Below are positions 45,232 to 55,116 of a stretch of 64,000 nt of DNA, piece by piece. The notes below the pieces were generated by a model. It was not told the DNA's origin. It was given only the letters and a program-made list of their open reading frames with translations, and did not search any database. The translations under genes were made by a program, and so were the position numbers. The DNA is from Vicinamibacterales bacterium (GTDB lineage: Bacteria; Acidobacteriota; Vicinamibacteria; Vicinamibacterales; UBA2999), in NCBI GenBank assembly GCA_035647075.1, contig DASROF010000168.1:23456-87455 (forward strand), given 5' to 3'. How positions within the stretch are numbered: the first letter of the stretch is position 1; each line of letters opens with the position of its first letter.

Positions 45232-47334
45232 CTATCCGACTTCGACCAGCCCGAACTGCTGTTTCCAGCGGTCCTGGACAAACGCGATCAGTTCGGGCGT
45301 CAGGCCGCCATCGTCCACGAGCTGGCGGGCTTCGCGGTGTGCGGCTTCCATGATGTCGCGGTCGCGCACGAGATCACCCGTGCGCAACTTCGGCAGGCCG
45401 GACTGCCTCGTCCCAAAGAAATCGCCGGGACCCCGAAGCTCGAGATCGCGCTCAGCAATCACGAACCCGTCGCTGGTCTCCGACATCGCCTTCAAGCGTT
45501 CCCGCGCATCGTCAGTCCAGGGCGCCTGATACAGCAGGATGCAGTGCGACTCCCAGGATCCGCGGCCGACGCGTCCACGCAGCTGATGGAGCTGTGACAG
45601 CCCGAATCGCTCCGCGTGCTCCACCACCATGACCGACGCATTCGGCACATCGACTCCGACTTCGACGACGGTGGTCGAGACGAGGATATGCAGCTGACCC
45701 TTGACGAATGCGTGCATCACGCGACCCTTGACGTCGTCTTTCATGCGACCGTGCAGCAGCGCAACCCGATATTGAGGAAAGACGTCCGTCTGCAGGTGAT
45801 CAGCCATTTCGGTGGCTGATTTGAGATCGATCTTTTCGGACTCCTCAATCAGCGGATAGATGATGTAGGCCTGACGGCCGGCGTCGAGCTGCTCGCGAAT
45901 CAACTGATAGATCTCGTCGCGCCGGGACTCCGGCTTTACCCACGTCCGCACCGGCTTCCGGCCCGGCGGCAGATCGGGGATCTTGGAGACGTCCAGCTCG
46001 CTGTAGTCGGTGAGCGCCAGCGTTCGCGGAATCGGCGTCGCCGTCATCAGGAGGACGTCCGGGCGCAGCCCCTTCGCTCGCAGCGCGGCGCGCTGCGCGA
46101 CGCCAAAGCGATGCTGTTCGTCGATGACGACCAGCCCGAGCTTGTGGAACTTGATCTTCTCTTCGACGAGCGCGTGCGTGCCGACGACGAGGTGTGTCGT
46201 GCCGCGCTCGATGTGCGAGAGCAACGTGTGCTTGTGCAGCCCTGGCGTACGTCCCGTCAACATATCGACTCGGAACCGTGAGGATGCGAGCAGCCGGGCA
46301 ATGTTGCTGTAGTGCTGTGCCGCAAGGATTTCCGTTGGGGCCATGAAGGCGACCTGCAGCCCGTTCTCCATCGCCACGATCGCCGCCAGCAACGCGACGA
46401 TTGTTTTGCCGGCGCCAACGTCGCCCTGCAACAGCCGATGCATCGGCTGCGGCCGCAGCATGTCGTCGACGATCTCCTTGAGCGCGCTTTTCTGACCCGG
46501 TGTCAGCTTGAATGGCAGCACGGCGGCCGCCGACGCCCGAATGCGATCGTCGACCTTTGAGGCAAACGGCTTCAGCTCGACGCTGCCGGCGTGCCGCCGC
46601 CACGCATAGCCAAGCTGATACAGGAAGAACTCCTCGAAGATCAGCCGGCGCTGCGCCGGCGTGCGGAACGCATTCAGCGTGTCGAGCGACTCTTCGTTCG
46701 GCGGAAAGTGAGCGGCGTCGAGCGCCAGCCGGCGCGGTGCAAGGCCGACGCGCGCGCGAAGATCGGATGGCAGCGCATCCGGAATCTCCTGCGGCAACTG
46801 GTCGAGCGCCTGCCGCACCAGTCGGCGCTGCATGTTGGGCGTGACCGTGCCGGTCTTTTCATAGAACGGGACGATTCGTCCCGTGTGAATGCCACCAAGC
46901 GCGTCACCCGGCGGATCTGCCGAGACGATCTCGTACTCGGGGTTCATGAAATGCAGCCCGGACGAGTCGAGTTTCACGTCGCCGAAAACCACCACCTGCA
47001 GATGCGGTCGCAGGATGTCGGCAAGGAACGCCTGATTCATCCAGGTACACCGGATGGCGCCACTCGAGTCGCCGAGGACCACGTGGAAAATGCGGAAGCC
47101 GCGTCGACGGGTGGTCGCGAGATTGGCGGACTTGATCTCGCCGAGAACGGCCGCCTTCTGGCCTGGCCGCAGCGAGGCGATTGCCTGCATGCGGCTGCGG
47201 TCCTCATAGCGGAATGGCAGGCGGTAAAGAAGATCCTCGACCGTGACGAGGCCCGCGCGCTTGAGATCCGCGGCCTTACGCGGGCCGACCCCCTTCAGGA
47301 ACTGAAGCGGGGTGACGAGCACCTCATCGCGCAC
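45232..47334 (-). CDS. recG: ATP-dependent DNA helicase RecG
   Basis: 700 aa. It has a wedge/OB domain, then helicase motifs 'GDVGAGKT', 'VIDEQHRFG', 'MTATPIPRT' and 'QLHQLRGRVGRG'. GTG start abuts the upstream stop. Confidence 0.95.
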   Translation of the reverse strand: MRDEVLVTPLQFLKGVGPRKAADLKRAGLVTVEDLLYRLPFRYEDRSRMQAIASLRPGQKAAVLGEIKSANLATTRRRGFRIFHVVLGDSSGAIRCTWMNQAFLADILRPHLQVVVFGDVKLDSSGLHFMNPEYEIVSADPPGDALGGIHTGRIVPFYEKTGTVTPNMQRRLVRQALDQLPQEIPDALPSDLRARVGLAPRRLALDAAHFPPNEESLDTLNAFRTPAQRRLIFEEFFLYQLGYAWRRHAGSVELKPFASKVDDRIRASAAAVLPFKLTPGQKSALKEIVDDMLRPQPMHRLLQGDVGAGKTIVALLAAIVAMENGLQVAFMAPTEILAAQHYSNIARLLASSRFRVDMLTGRTPGLHKHTLLSHIERGTTHLVVGTHALVEEKIKFHKLGLVVIDEQHRFGVAQRAALRAKGLRPDVLLMTATPIPRTLALTDYSELDVSKIPDLPPGRKPVRTWVKPESRRDEIYQLIREQLDAGRQAYIIYPLIEESEKIDLKSATEMADHLQTDVFPQYRVALLHGRMKDDVKGRVMHAFVKGQLHILVSTTVVEVGVDVPNASVMVVEHAERFGLSQLHQLRGRVGRGSWESHCILLYQAPWTDDARERLKAMSETSDGFVIAERDLELRGPGDFFGTRQSGLPKLRTGDLVRDRDIMEAAHREARQLVDDGGLTPELIAFVQDRWKQQFGLVEVG

Positions 47335-47922
47335 TCACTGCACCACGATGGCCTGCCCCGATCCGACGTCGATCTGCTTGATGCTCGCGGGCAGCGCGAA
47401 CGGGTCGTCCAGCCGAACGCCGTTCGGGCGGTCTTCGTCCCTGGTGTAGTGCGAAAGGATTTCCTGTACCAGGAATCTGGGGACAGGGACGCCGGAAATA
47501 TCCGCCGACTGCAGATCGAACTGCCCGCGGCCGTCTTTCGTGCGCAGGACGCCGCTTAATGAAATCGGCACACGGCCGCCCAGCACATTCCAGGCGCCAG
47601 ACTTGCTCTTCCCGACATCGTCGAGATCGACGGTGACCAGGCCGACTAACTTTCCGTTGCCGACGACAGTCACGCGGGGGTCCTTGACGCCGACGGGCAG
47701 TAAGGCCGGTGCGCGATAGACGAACCAGGAGTTGAGCTCGCCCTCCGTAACAGTGGTTCGGCGCGACGATTTCGGCGACTCTGCCGCGTGCTGCTTGATG
47801 ATCGCGAGCTTCTTGGCAAACGAGTCCGCCTGCGGTCTCGAGGTGTTGACGGCCTCGGCCGTAGCCAGAAAGGCCAGGATCGCGATGCAAATGACAGAGG
47901 ACAAGCGCAGGGAAACGCTCAT
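47335..47922 (-). CDS. Secreted hypothetical protein (first gene of the recG operon)
   Basis: Signal peptide 'MSVSLRLSSVICIAILAFLATAEA'. 195 aa. Its stop abuts the recG start. I could not assign a family with confidence. Confidence 0.5.
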   Translation of the reverse strand: MSVSLRLSSVICIAILAFLATAEAVNTSRPQADSFAKKLAIIKQHAAESPKSSRRTTVTEGELNSWFVYRAPALLPVGVKDPRVTVVGNGKLVGLVTVDLDDVGKSKSGAWNVLGGRVPISLSGVLRTKDGRGQFDLQSADISGVPVPRFLVQEILSHYTRDEDRPNGVRLDDPFALPASIKQIDVGSGQAIVVQ

Positions 47923-47964
47923 GGTTCAGGGTCCCCAAAAGGCTGGCGTTGTGAGTGTAACAGG

Positions 47965-47993
47965 TTGTTCTTCGCCTTATGTTCGCATATAGT
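47965..47993 (+). promoter_or_regulatory. Candidate sigma-70-like promoter of lexA with embedded GTTC direct repeat
   Basis: TTGTTC (47965-47970), a 17-nt spacer, then TATAGT (47988-47993). GTTC occurs at 47967-47970 and again at 47981-47984. Pattern match only. Confidence 0.4.
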
Positions 47994-48061
47994 GATGCCC
48001 GGCTCTGCTGATTACGCTCGGAATCGGGTCTCCGGGTGCACATCGCAGACGGAGGCACGCC

Positions 48062-48667
48062 GTGCTACCTCTGACGAAACGACAGCGGGAGATTCTCGAT
48101 TACCTCAACGAGTTCATCCAGCAGCACGGCTACGCGCCGAGCCTCGAGGAAATCGGACGCCGCTTCAATCTCTCCTCGCTGGCGACGGTTCATAAACACC
48201 TCACGAATCTCCAGGAAAAGGGATTCATCCGTCGGGCGTGGAATCGCAGCCGGTCGGTCGAGCTCGTACCGGCGCGCACGGGCGGTCGAGCACTGGAGCT
48301 GCCCCTCCTTGGCTTCGTGGCCGCGGGTGCGCCGATCGAGGCGGTCGCGGGCTCTGAAACGATTGCCGTGCCCGAGGCGCTCGCAGGCAAGCGGGATAGC
48401 TATGTCCTGCGTGTCAAGGGCGACTCGATGATCGACGAGCAGATTCGAGACGGCGATTTCGTCATCGTCGAGGATCGGAAGTCCGCCGATAACGGCGAGA
48501 TGGTCATCGCGCTCGTCGGCGGAAGCGACGTGACGCTCAAGAAGATTTATCGCGAAAACGGCCGCGTCCGACTACAGCCGGCAAACCCCACAATGCAACC
48601 GATCTTCGTCGACCCGGACAACGTGCAAGTGCAGGGAGTCGTTGTCGGCGTGATGCGAAAGTACTGA
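48062..48667 (+). CDS. lexA: LexA repressor
   Basis: The winged HTH is 'LTKRQREILDYLNEFIQQHGYAPSLEEIG'. The Ala-Gly cleavage site is in 'GFVAAGAPIEA'. The Ser/Lys dyad context is 'VKGDSMID' and 'TLKKI'. GTG start. Confidence 0.92.
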   Translation: MLPLTKRQREILDYLNEFIQQHGYAPSLEEIGRRFNLSSLATVHKHLTNLQEKGFIRRAWNRSRSVELVPARTGGRALELPLLGFVAAGAPIEAVAGSETIAVPEALAGKRDSYVLRVKGDSMIDEQIRDGDFVIVEDRKSADNGEMVIALVGGSDVTLKKIYRENGRVRLQPANPTMQPIFVDPDNVQVQGVVVGVMRKY

Positions 48668-48668
48668 G

Positions 48669-48995
48669 ATGGCCGACCAGCCGGAACGAAAGCAGATCAA
48701 CTTCACCATCGTCCCAGACGAGCAGCCCAACGACCCGCGAACCTACGCCAACTTCTGCTCCATTGCGCACACGCCATTCGATTTCACGTTGACGTTCTGC
48801 GAAGTCATGCCGCTGTCCGAGAAGGAATTGCGGGAGGCTGAGAGTGAGCACGTCGTGCGTGCTCCGGTGCGGGCACGCGTCGTCGTGCCGGTGCAGTTTG
48901 TGCCGAATCTGATTGCGGCGCTGCAGGAGCACATGCGCGTGTTCTCTGAAACCTATACGAACGTCGGGTGGTCGAAACAGGGCCCGATCCACTAG
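48669..48995 (+). CDS. DUF3467 family protein
   Basis: Contains 'QINFTIVPDE...YANFCSIAHTPFDFTLTFCEVMP' and 'ARVVVPVQFVPNLIAALQEHMRVFSE', matching the DUF3467 pattern recognised by eye. ATG is 1 nt after the lexA stop. Confidence 0.7.
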   Translation: MADQPERKQINFTIVPDEQPNDPRTYANFCSIAHTPFDFTLTFCEVMPLSEKELREAESEHVVRAPVRARVVVPVQFVPNLIAALQEHMRVFSETYTNVGWSKQGPIH

Positions 48996-49022
48996 GGCGG
49001 CGCGAACCACCGGTCGTGATGC

Positions 49023-49748
49023 ATGAAGTCGGCGGCCTCCACTCGCAGGGTGATCGAGACGCTCGCTGAGCAGCATCCCAACGCGGACACCGAGCTTCAC
49101 TACCGCAACGCGTTCCAGCTCCTCGCCGCGACGATTCTCTCGGCGCAATCGACGGACCAGCGCGTCAACATGGTTACGCCGGCCCTGTTCGAGCGCTACC
49201 CCGACGCCCACGCCATGGCGCGCGCGACAGCGCCTGACCTCGAGAAGCTGATTCTCTCGACCGGATTCTTTCGTCAGAAGTCCAAGGCGCTGATCGGCAT
49301 GTCACGGAGTCTCGTGGCCGATCACGGTGGCGAGGTTCCTGCTGACATGGAAAGCCTGACGGCCCTGCCCGGAGTCGGTCGCAAGACAGCGAACGTGGTA
49401 CTCGGACATGCGCTGGGCGTGCCGGGACTGCCGGTGGATCGGCACGTGCTCCGGGTTTCGAATCGAATCGGTATCGCAGAGGGCGACGATCCGGTGATCG
49501 TCGAGCAGCAGTTGTGCTCCATGCTTCCCTCGGCGTTGTGGACCCTCGCGTCGGACGTGCAGATCCTGCACGGGCGTCGCATCTGCCGCCCCAGGCCGCT
49601 CTGCGACCAGTGCTCCGTCCGTGACGACTGCGACTACTACCGCACCGTTGTTTCTCGGGAGCCGCGATCAACCACCACAGAGAAGACTGTGACCAGGAAG
49701 AAGACAAAGGTCACCACGAGCAAGCGCGCCCGAAAACCAACACGCTGA
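49023..49748 (+). CDS. nth: Endonuclease III
   Basis: HhH-GPD 'LTALPGVGRKTANVVLG...VDRHVLRVSNR' and the 4Fe-4S cluster 'CRPRPLCDQCSVRDDC'. It has a basic K/T-rich C-terminal tail. Confidence 0.9.
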   Translation: MKSAASTRRVIETLAEQHPNADTELHYRNAFQLLAATILSAQSTDQRVNMVTPALFERYPDAHAMARATAPDLEKLILSTGFFRQKSKALIGMSRSLVADHGGEVPADMESLTALPGVGRKTANVVLGHALGVPGLPVDRHVLRVSNRIGIAEGDDPVIVEQQLCSMLPSALWTLASDVQILHGRRICRPRPLCDQCSVRDDCDYYRTVVSREPRSTTTEKTVTRKKTKVTTSKRARKPTR

Positions 49749-49758
49749 TGGCGGGTGC

Positions 49759-50169
49759 ATGACGAGGGAACAGTTCCAGCGTCTGGTGATTGAGGCGGTC
49801 GCCTTGATCCCGAAGCGATTCAGACGCGAGATGAAGAACCTTGCGCTCGTCGTCGAGGACGAGCCATCTGTCGAACTGCTCGCCGAAATGGAGATCGAGC
49901 CCCCGGACTCCCTCTACGGGCTCTATCAGGGCACTCCCCTTCCGGAACGGACCTGGGCGTACGGAAACAACCTCCCGGATCGGATCACCATCTTCCAGCG
50001 ACCGATCGAAGAGGAGTGCGACGACGAAGATGAAGTGCGCGCCGTCATTGGCGAGACCCTCATTCACGAGGTTGGCCATTATTTCGGCATGAGCGAAGAT
50101 GAAATCGAGGACATCGAGGAGCGGTACTGGCGCGGCGAGACCCTTGGTCCGGACGAGGACGAGGATTGA
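49759..50169 (+). CDS. Minimal zincin metallopeptidase-like protein (DUF1025/Zincin_1 family)
   Basis: 'IGETLIHEVGHYFGMSEDEIEDIE' is the C-terminal HExxH signature of this family. 136 aa. Confidence 0.75.
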   Translation: MTREQFQRLVIEAVALIPKRFRREMKNLALVVEDEPSVELLAEMEIEPPDSLYGLYQGTPLPERTWAYGNNLPDRITIFQRPIEEECDDEDEVRAVIGETLIHEVGHYFGMSEDEIEDIEERYWRGETLGPDEDED

Positions 50170-50966
50170 CGTCGCTTCCGCGGGCGAGAAAACGGTTCGG
50201 CCAGCACTTCCTCGAGCCAGCGTGGGTCGCGAGGCTCCTGGAAGCGCAATCCCCGACGCCTGACGACGTATTCCTTGAGATTGGACCAGGGCGGGGCGCA
50301 TTGACGTTTCCACTTTCCGCCAGGGTCCGGCATATCGTCGCCGTCGAGATCGATCGCGACCTCGCTGCGCATCTCCGGACGGAGCTTCCCTCAAATGTCA
50401 GAGTCGTCGAGGGTGATTTCCTCGACCTGGATCTCCCGCACGTTCTTCGCGACGAGCCCCGGCCGATCCGCGTCGTCGGCAACCTCCCGTACAACGTCTC
50501 GTCCCCGATTCTGTTCAAGCTCCTCCACTCGGCTGGTGAGGGACGGGTCTTCTCCGATGCAACGCTGATGCTCCAGAAAGAAGTGGCGGATCGACTGCTC
50601 GCCGCCCCGGGTACCGGTGACTACGGCACCCTGGCAATTCAGGTGGGGCTTCTGGCCGACGTCGAGCGGATTTTGACCCTTCCCCCCGGTGCGTTCCGGC
50701 CTCCGCCGAAGGTCACGTCCTCTGTCGTGCGGCTGCAATTCAGGACGCCGCGTGAGGACGTCGGCGACCGAGAGACCTTCGAGCGGCTGGTCCGAGGCAT
50801 CTTCCTGCAACGACGAAAGATGCTGCTCAATGCGCTGAAGCCGGTGGCGGAGACGTTCGGCCGTTCGTCGGCGGATCTTATCGCGGCGGCAGGAGTTGAC
50901 GGCACGAAGCGACCGCAGGAACTGACGCTGCGCGACATCGCACAGCTCAGCCGAGCTGTGCTATAG
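50166..50966 (+). CDS. rsmA: 16S rRNA (adenine1518/1519-N6)-dimethyltransferase
   Basis: Contains 'KRFGQHFLEPAWV', 'LEIGPGRGALT' and 'VVGNLPYNVSSPILFKLL'. TTG start overlaps the upstream stop. Confidence 0.9.
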   Translation: MTSLPRARKRFGQHFLEPAWVARLLEAQSPTPDDVFLEIGPGRGALTFPLSARVRHIVAVEIDRDLAAHLRTELPSNVRVVEGDFLDLDLPHVLRDEPRPIRVVGNLPYNVSSPILFKLLHSAGEGRVFSDATLMLQKEVADRLLAAPGTGDYGTLAIQVGLLADVERILTLPPGAFRPPPKVTSSVVRLQFRTPREDVGDRETFERLVRGIFLQRRKMLLNALKPVAETFGRSSADLIAAAGVDGTKRPQELTLRDIAQLSRAVL

Positions 50967-51107
50967 TTTGCCCCGAAGTCGTTGACCCTTCCATAGTTGC
51001 GGGCGGTCCCAGCCGTCCACGTCCGACGCGGATTGCCGCGTTGGAGACCCCGTTCGAGCGACCCTCCCGGGCTCGTTGGTACGGTTCGATCGAATTCTCC
51101 GCCGACG

Positions 51108-52805
51108 ATGAACCAGTCCGCTGTACCCGACGTGTCGCCGGCGACGCTCGAGGTCGTCCCACTGGGAGGCCTTGGCGAGTTCGGCATGAACATGATGGCG
51201 CTGACGTGGGAGGACTCCACCATCCTCATCGACGCGGGCGTCATGTTTCCTGATCCGGACCAGCTCGGCGTCGATCTGATCATTCCCGACCTGACTTACG
51301 TGGAAGCACGGCGCCAGCAGGTCAAGGCGCTCGTCCTCACACACGGCCATGAAGATCACATCGGCGGCGTCCCGCATGTCATGCCGCTCTTCGACGGCCC
51401 GGTGTATGGCACCGCGATGACGCTCGCGCTCGTCGAGCCCAAGCTCGAGGAGCACGGCATCGATCCCGGCGATCGGTTGAAAACTGTTCAACCACGGCAG
51501 ACCGTCACGGTCGGGCCGTTCACGATCGAGTTCGTGCGGGTGACGCACAGCATGCCCGACTGTGTGGCGCTGGCGATCACGACGCCGGTCGGCGTGATCG
51601 TCCATACCGGCGATTTCAAGATCGATCAGACGCCTCTGGACGGTGAGTATTTCGACCTGCACCGTTTCGCCGAACTCGGGCGCCAGGGCGTGCTCGCGCT
51701 GTTCGCGGACAGCACCAACGTCGATCGCAAGGGGTTTACCGGACCTGAGATTGAGGTGATTGAAGGGTTCGAGGAACTGTTCACCAGCACGCACGGCAAG
51801 CTGGTCGTCGCGGCCTTTTCTTCGAGCATCTACCGGATGCAGCTGCTCGTCGATCTGGCAACCCAGTTCGATCGCAAGGTCGCGTTTGTGGGCCGCAGCG
51901 TGGTCCGCAACACCGAAATCGCGCAGCGCCTTGGCTACCTGCGGATTCCGTCGGGCATCCAGATCCGCGACTCGGATGTCCCGAACTACTCCTCCGAAGA
52001 TGTGCTCTGCGTGACGACTGGATCGCAGGGTGAGCCGCAGGCGGCGCTCTCGCGCATCGCGATCGACGATCACCGCTTCGTCAAGCTCGGACCCGACGAT
52101 GTGGTCGTCTTCTCTGCGCGGGCTATTCCCGGGAACGAGAAGGCGATCGCTCGCACGATGAGCCACGTGACCCGGCGTGGCGCGGATGTGATTACTCCGG
52201 ACATGAAGCACGTCCATGTGTCCGGCCACGGATCCGCCGAGGAGCTGAAGCTCGTGATCTCGCTGATCCGGCCGCGCTACTTTGTGCCCGTTCACGGTGA
52301 GTACCGGCAACTGGCGCAGCATGCCCGTATCGCCAAGCGCGTCATGTCGGGTCCCGACCGCGAGCTGCAGGTGCTGCTGGCCGAGGACGGCGACATCATC
52401 CAGTTCGATCGCCAGGGCGCCCGCATCGCGGATAAGGCCCCGACGGGCCGCGTGCTCATCGATACGACGCGTCTCGGCGAAGTTGGTGACGAGGTGCTGC
52501 GCGACCGGCGACACATCGCCGGCGACGGCATCGTCGTCGCCGTCATTGCCATCAGCCGTCATGGCGGTGCGCTCGTGGGAGAGCCGGAACTCGTGGCCCG
52601 CGGTTACGTCGTAGACGAAGGCCAGGAGGAGAAGCTGTTTCGCGACGCGTCGCACGTGATCGCCGAGTGCATCGAAGCCTCGAGTCATGAAGAACGGACC
52701 GACCAGGGCCTCATGACGGAAAAACTACGCGTCGAGCTGAGACGCTTCTTCAAGAAGCGCTCGGGCCGAAGGCCGCTCGTGCTCCCTATCCTGATGGAGA
52801 TCTGA
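51108..52805 (+). CDS. rnj: Ribonuclease J
   Basis: Contains 'LEVVPLGGLGEFGMNMMAL', the MBL motif 'THGHEDHIGG', a beta-CASP region and 'HVSGHGSAEELK'. Start set at ATG 51108. Confidence 0.9.
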   Translation: MNQSAVPDVSPATLEVVPLGGLGEFGMNMMALTWEDSTILIDAGVMFPDPDQLGVDLIIPDLTYVEARRQQVKALVLTHGHEDHIGGVPHVMPLFDGPVYGTAMTLALVEPKLEEHGIDPGDRLKTVQPRQTVTVGPFTIEFVRVTHSMPDCVALAITTPVGVIVHTGDFKIDQTPLDGEYFDLHRFAELGRQGVLALFADSTNVDRKGFTGPEIEVIEGFEELFTSTHGKLVVAAFSSSIYRMQLLVDLATQFDRKVAFVGRSVVRNTEIAQRLGYLRIPSGIQIRDSDVPNYSSEDVLCVTTGSQGEPQAALSRIAIDDHRFVKLGPDDVVVFSARAIPGNEKAIARTMSHVTRRGADVITPDMKHVHVSGHGSAEELKLVISLIRPRYFVPVHGEYRQLAQHARIAKRVMSGPDRELQVLLAEDGDIIQFDRQGARIADKAPTGRVLIDTTRLGEVGDEVLRDRRHIAGDGIVVAVIAISRHGGALVGEPELVARGYVVDEGQEEKLFRDASHVIAECIEASSHEERTDQGLMTEKLRVELRRFFKKRSGRRPLVLPILMEI

Positions 52806-52806
52806 C

Positions 52807-55116
52807 GTGAAGGAGTCGACGTTATCGCGCCGCCTCAGCGAGTTTCTCGGCGTGGCGCTGTTTGCCGTGGCGCTGATCTGGCTGATTTCGCTGGTCAGCC
52901 ACGAGCCGACGGATCCCGTGTGGTTCTTTACGACCGACACCACCCATGCTCCGGCAAACTTCGTCGGCCGCGTCGGCGCCTTTCTCTCCGAGCTGTCGTT
53001 CCAACTGTTCGGCTACGCGGCGTACCTCATTCCCGGCGTCATCGCAGTCGTCGGGTGGCATTACTTCTGGTGCAAGAAGCCCGACGCTGCGTACACGAAA
53101 ATCACCGGAGCCGCGCTGCTTTTCGGCTGTTCCAGCGCGTTTCTCAGCCTGATCTTCGGCAGCACGGAGGTTGCGGGAAAATCGTTCCACGCCGGCGGAT
53201 CGATCGGCGCCTGGCTGGCCGGGGTGCTGGCAGACTACCTGAATCGCACCGGCTCGATCATCGTTCTGCTGACGCTGATGGTGCTGGCCGTCATCCTGTC
53301 GACCCAGTTTTCCTTCGGCCGCATGTTCGCGGGCGTCATGGTGACGCTTCAGGACGCATCCAGCACCGGCCTGGGTCGGCTCCGCGCGCGCTGGGATGCG
53401 TATCGCAAGGAGCGTGACCGGCGCGATCTCGTGACCCGCCAGGGCAAGAAAGCTGCGCCTGCGGCAGCGAAACCCGCTGCGGCGAACGGCAACGAGGAAT
53501 CATCGCCGCGAACCGTTCGACCGGCGCGCCCTGAGATCGCCGAAGAGCCGGAGGTGCCTGCCGCGAGACCTGTGCCGCCTGTCGTCGCCAGGAAAAGGCT
53601 CGAAGCGCCACCGCTGCCATTACCCGAGCCGGAGCCGCTGAAGACGACAGCCCAGCGTCGCGGCCAGTACACGCTGCCTCCCCTCACGCTGCTGGATGCG
53701 CCAAAGGGCGAACGGAAGATCGACGAGCGCGAGCTCATGGAATCGTCGCGGCAGCTCGAGGAGAAGTGCCGCGAGTTCGCGGTCGAAGGTCAGGTCGCAC
53801 AAATTCATCCCGGACCTGTCGTGACCACGTTCGAGTTCAAGCCGGACGCTGGCGTGAAGTACAGCAAGATCACCGGCCTCGCCGATGACCTCTGCCTGGC
53901 GATGCAGGCGGAGTCCGTCCTGATCGATCGCATTCCTGGCAAGTCGACGGTCGGTATTCAGATCCCGAATCCGAACCGGGAAGCTATCTCTCTCCGCGAT
54001 CTGCTCGAGTCCGATGCCTACCAGCGATCGACCTCGAAGCTCACCCTGGCGCTTGGCAAGACCATCCACGGTGAGCCGTACGTCGCCGACCTGGCGACGA
54101 TGCCGCACCTGCTCATCGCGGGATCGACCGGCACCGGCAAGTCCGTCGGGCTGAACGGAATGCTGACCAGTGTGCTGTACCGCGCCACGCCGGACGATGT
54201 GCGGATGATCATGGTGGACCCGAAGCGGCTGGAGCTCGGGATGTATGACGACATCCCGCACCTACTCACGCCCGTCGTTGTTGATCCCAAGAAGGCGGCG
54301 AACGCTCTGCGATGGGCCGTGCGTGAGATGGAGGAGCGCTACAAGACGCTGGCGGCCGAAGGCGTGCGGAACATCGATCAGTACAACCGCAACATCCGCA
54401 ACATCCTCGCGGAGACCGGTTCGAACGACCCCGACAGCCCTCGCCCGCTGCCCTTTATCGTGGTCGTGATCGACGAACTCGCTGACCTGATGATGGTCGC
54501 GGGCAACGAGGTCGAAGAATCCATCTGCCGCCTCGCGCAGATGGCCCGGGCCGTCGGCATCCACCTCATTCTGGCGACGCAGCGGCCGTCGGTCGATGTC
54601 ATCACCGGATTGATCAAGGCAAACCTGCCCTCGCGGATCTCGTTCCGGGTCTCGTCAAAGACGGACTCGCGGACGATTCTCGATTCGAACGGCGCCGAGC
54701 AGTTGCTCGGCAAAGGCGACATGCTGTTCCTGCCGCCCGCGTCGTCACGCTGTATCCGGCTTCACGGGCCGTATATCAGCGAACAGGAGAGCGCACGGCT
54801 CGCGAGCTTCCTGCGGAAGCAGGGAAAGCCGGTCTTCAACGACACGATTACCGCGGACGACGAGAAGGCGGGGCCGGGCGGTCTCGAGTTCGACAAGGAC
54901 GAGCTGTACGACGAGGCGGCACGGATCGTCGTCAGCACCGGCCAGGCGTCCATTTCGTATCTCCAGCGCAAGATGCGGATCGGGTTCAGCCGTGCGGCCC
55001 GTCTGGTCGACATGATGGAAGCGGAAGGGCTCGTCTCGCAGGGCGTGGGCGGCAAGCCGCGCGAGGTGCTCGTGGACCGCAACTACTTCGAGGAAGTGGA
55101 TGCGCAGCTCCGGTAG
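52807..55116 (+). CDS. ftsK: DNA translocase FtsK/SpoIIIE
   Basis: N-terminal TM segments and a P/A-rich linker. The motor has 'HLLIAGSTGTGKSV' and 'VVVIDELADLMM', and there is a C-terminal gamma winged-helix domain. GTG start is 1 nt after the rnj stop. Confidence 0.95.
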   Translation: MKESTLSRRLSEFLGVALFAVALIWLISLVSHEPTDPVWFFTTDTTHAPANFVGRVGAFLSELSFQLFGYAAYLIPGVIAVVGWHYFWCKKPDAAYTKITGAALLFGCSSAFLSLIFGSTEVAGKSFHAGGSIGAWLAGVLADYLNRTGSIIVLLTLMVLAVILSTQFSFGRMFAGVMVTLQDASSTGLGRLRARWDAYRKERDRRDLVTRQGKKAAPAAAKPAAANGNEESSPRTVRPARPEIAEEPEVPAARPVPPVVARKRLEAPPLPLPEPEPLKTTAQRRGQYTLPPLTLLDAPKGERKIDERELMESSRQLEEKCREFAVEGQVAQIHPGPVVTTFEFKPDAGVKYSKITGLADDLCLAMQAESVLIDRIPGKSTVGIQIPNPNREAISLRDLLESDAYQRSTSKLTLALGKTIHGEPYVADLATMPHLLIAGSTGTGKSVGLNGMLTSVLYRATPDDVRMIMVDPKRLELGMYDDIPHLLTPVVVDPKKAANALRWAVREMEERYKTLAAEGVRNIDQYNRNIRNILAETGSNDPDSPRPLPFIVVVIDELADLMMVAGNEVEESICRLAQMARAVGIHLILATQRPSVDVITGLIKANLPSRISFRVSSKTDSRTILDSNGAEQLLGKGDMLFLPPASSRCIRLHGPYISEQESARLASFLRKQGKPVFNDTITADDEKAGPGGLEFDKDELYDEAARIVVSTGQASISYLQRKMRIGFSRAARLVDMMEAEGLVSQGVGGKPREVLVDRNYFEEVDAQLR

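Noticed and set aside
47923-48061. Canonical SOS boxes (CTGT-N8-ACAG, GAAC-N4-GTTC, GTTC-N7-GTTC) upstream of lexA
   Set aside because: None is present. Only a GTTC-N10-GTTC direct repeat and a near-palindrome AACAGGTTGTT were seen, and neither matches a described consensus.
50961-52688. 575-aa ORF antisense to rnj. Similar long antisense or out-of-frame ORFs occur at 60322-61458, 20700-21806, 26953-28098, 8372-9526, 1740-2693, 34069-35001 and 58647-59720.
   Set aside because: Each overlaps a gene with clear family signatures on the other strand or frame. Their compositions are Arg/Ala/Pro/His-biased and I recognised no domain. I treat them as GC-skewed artefacts.
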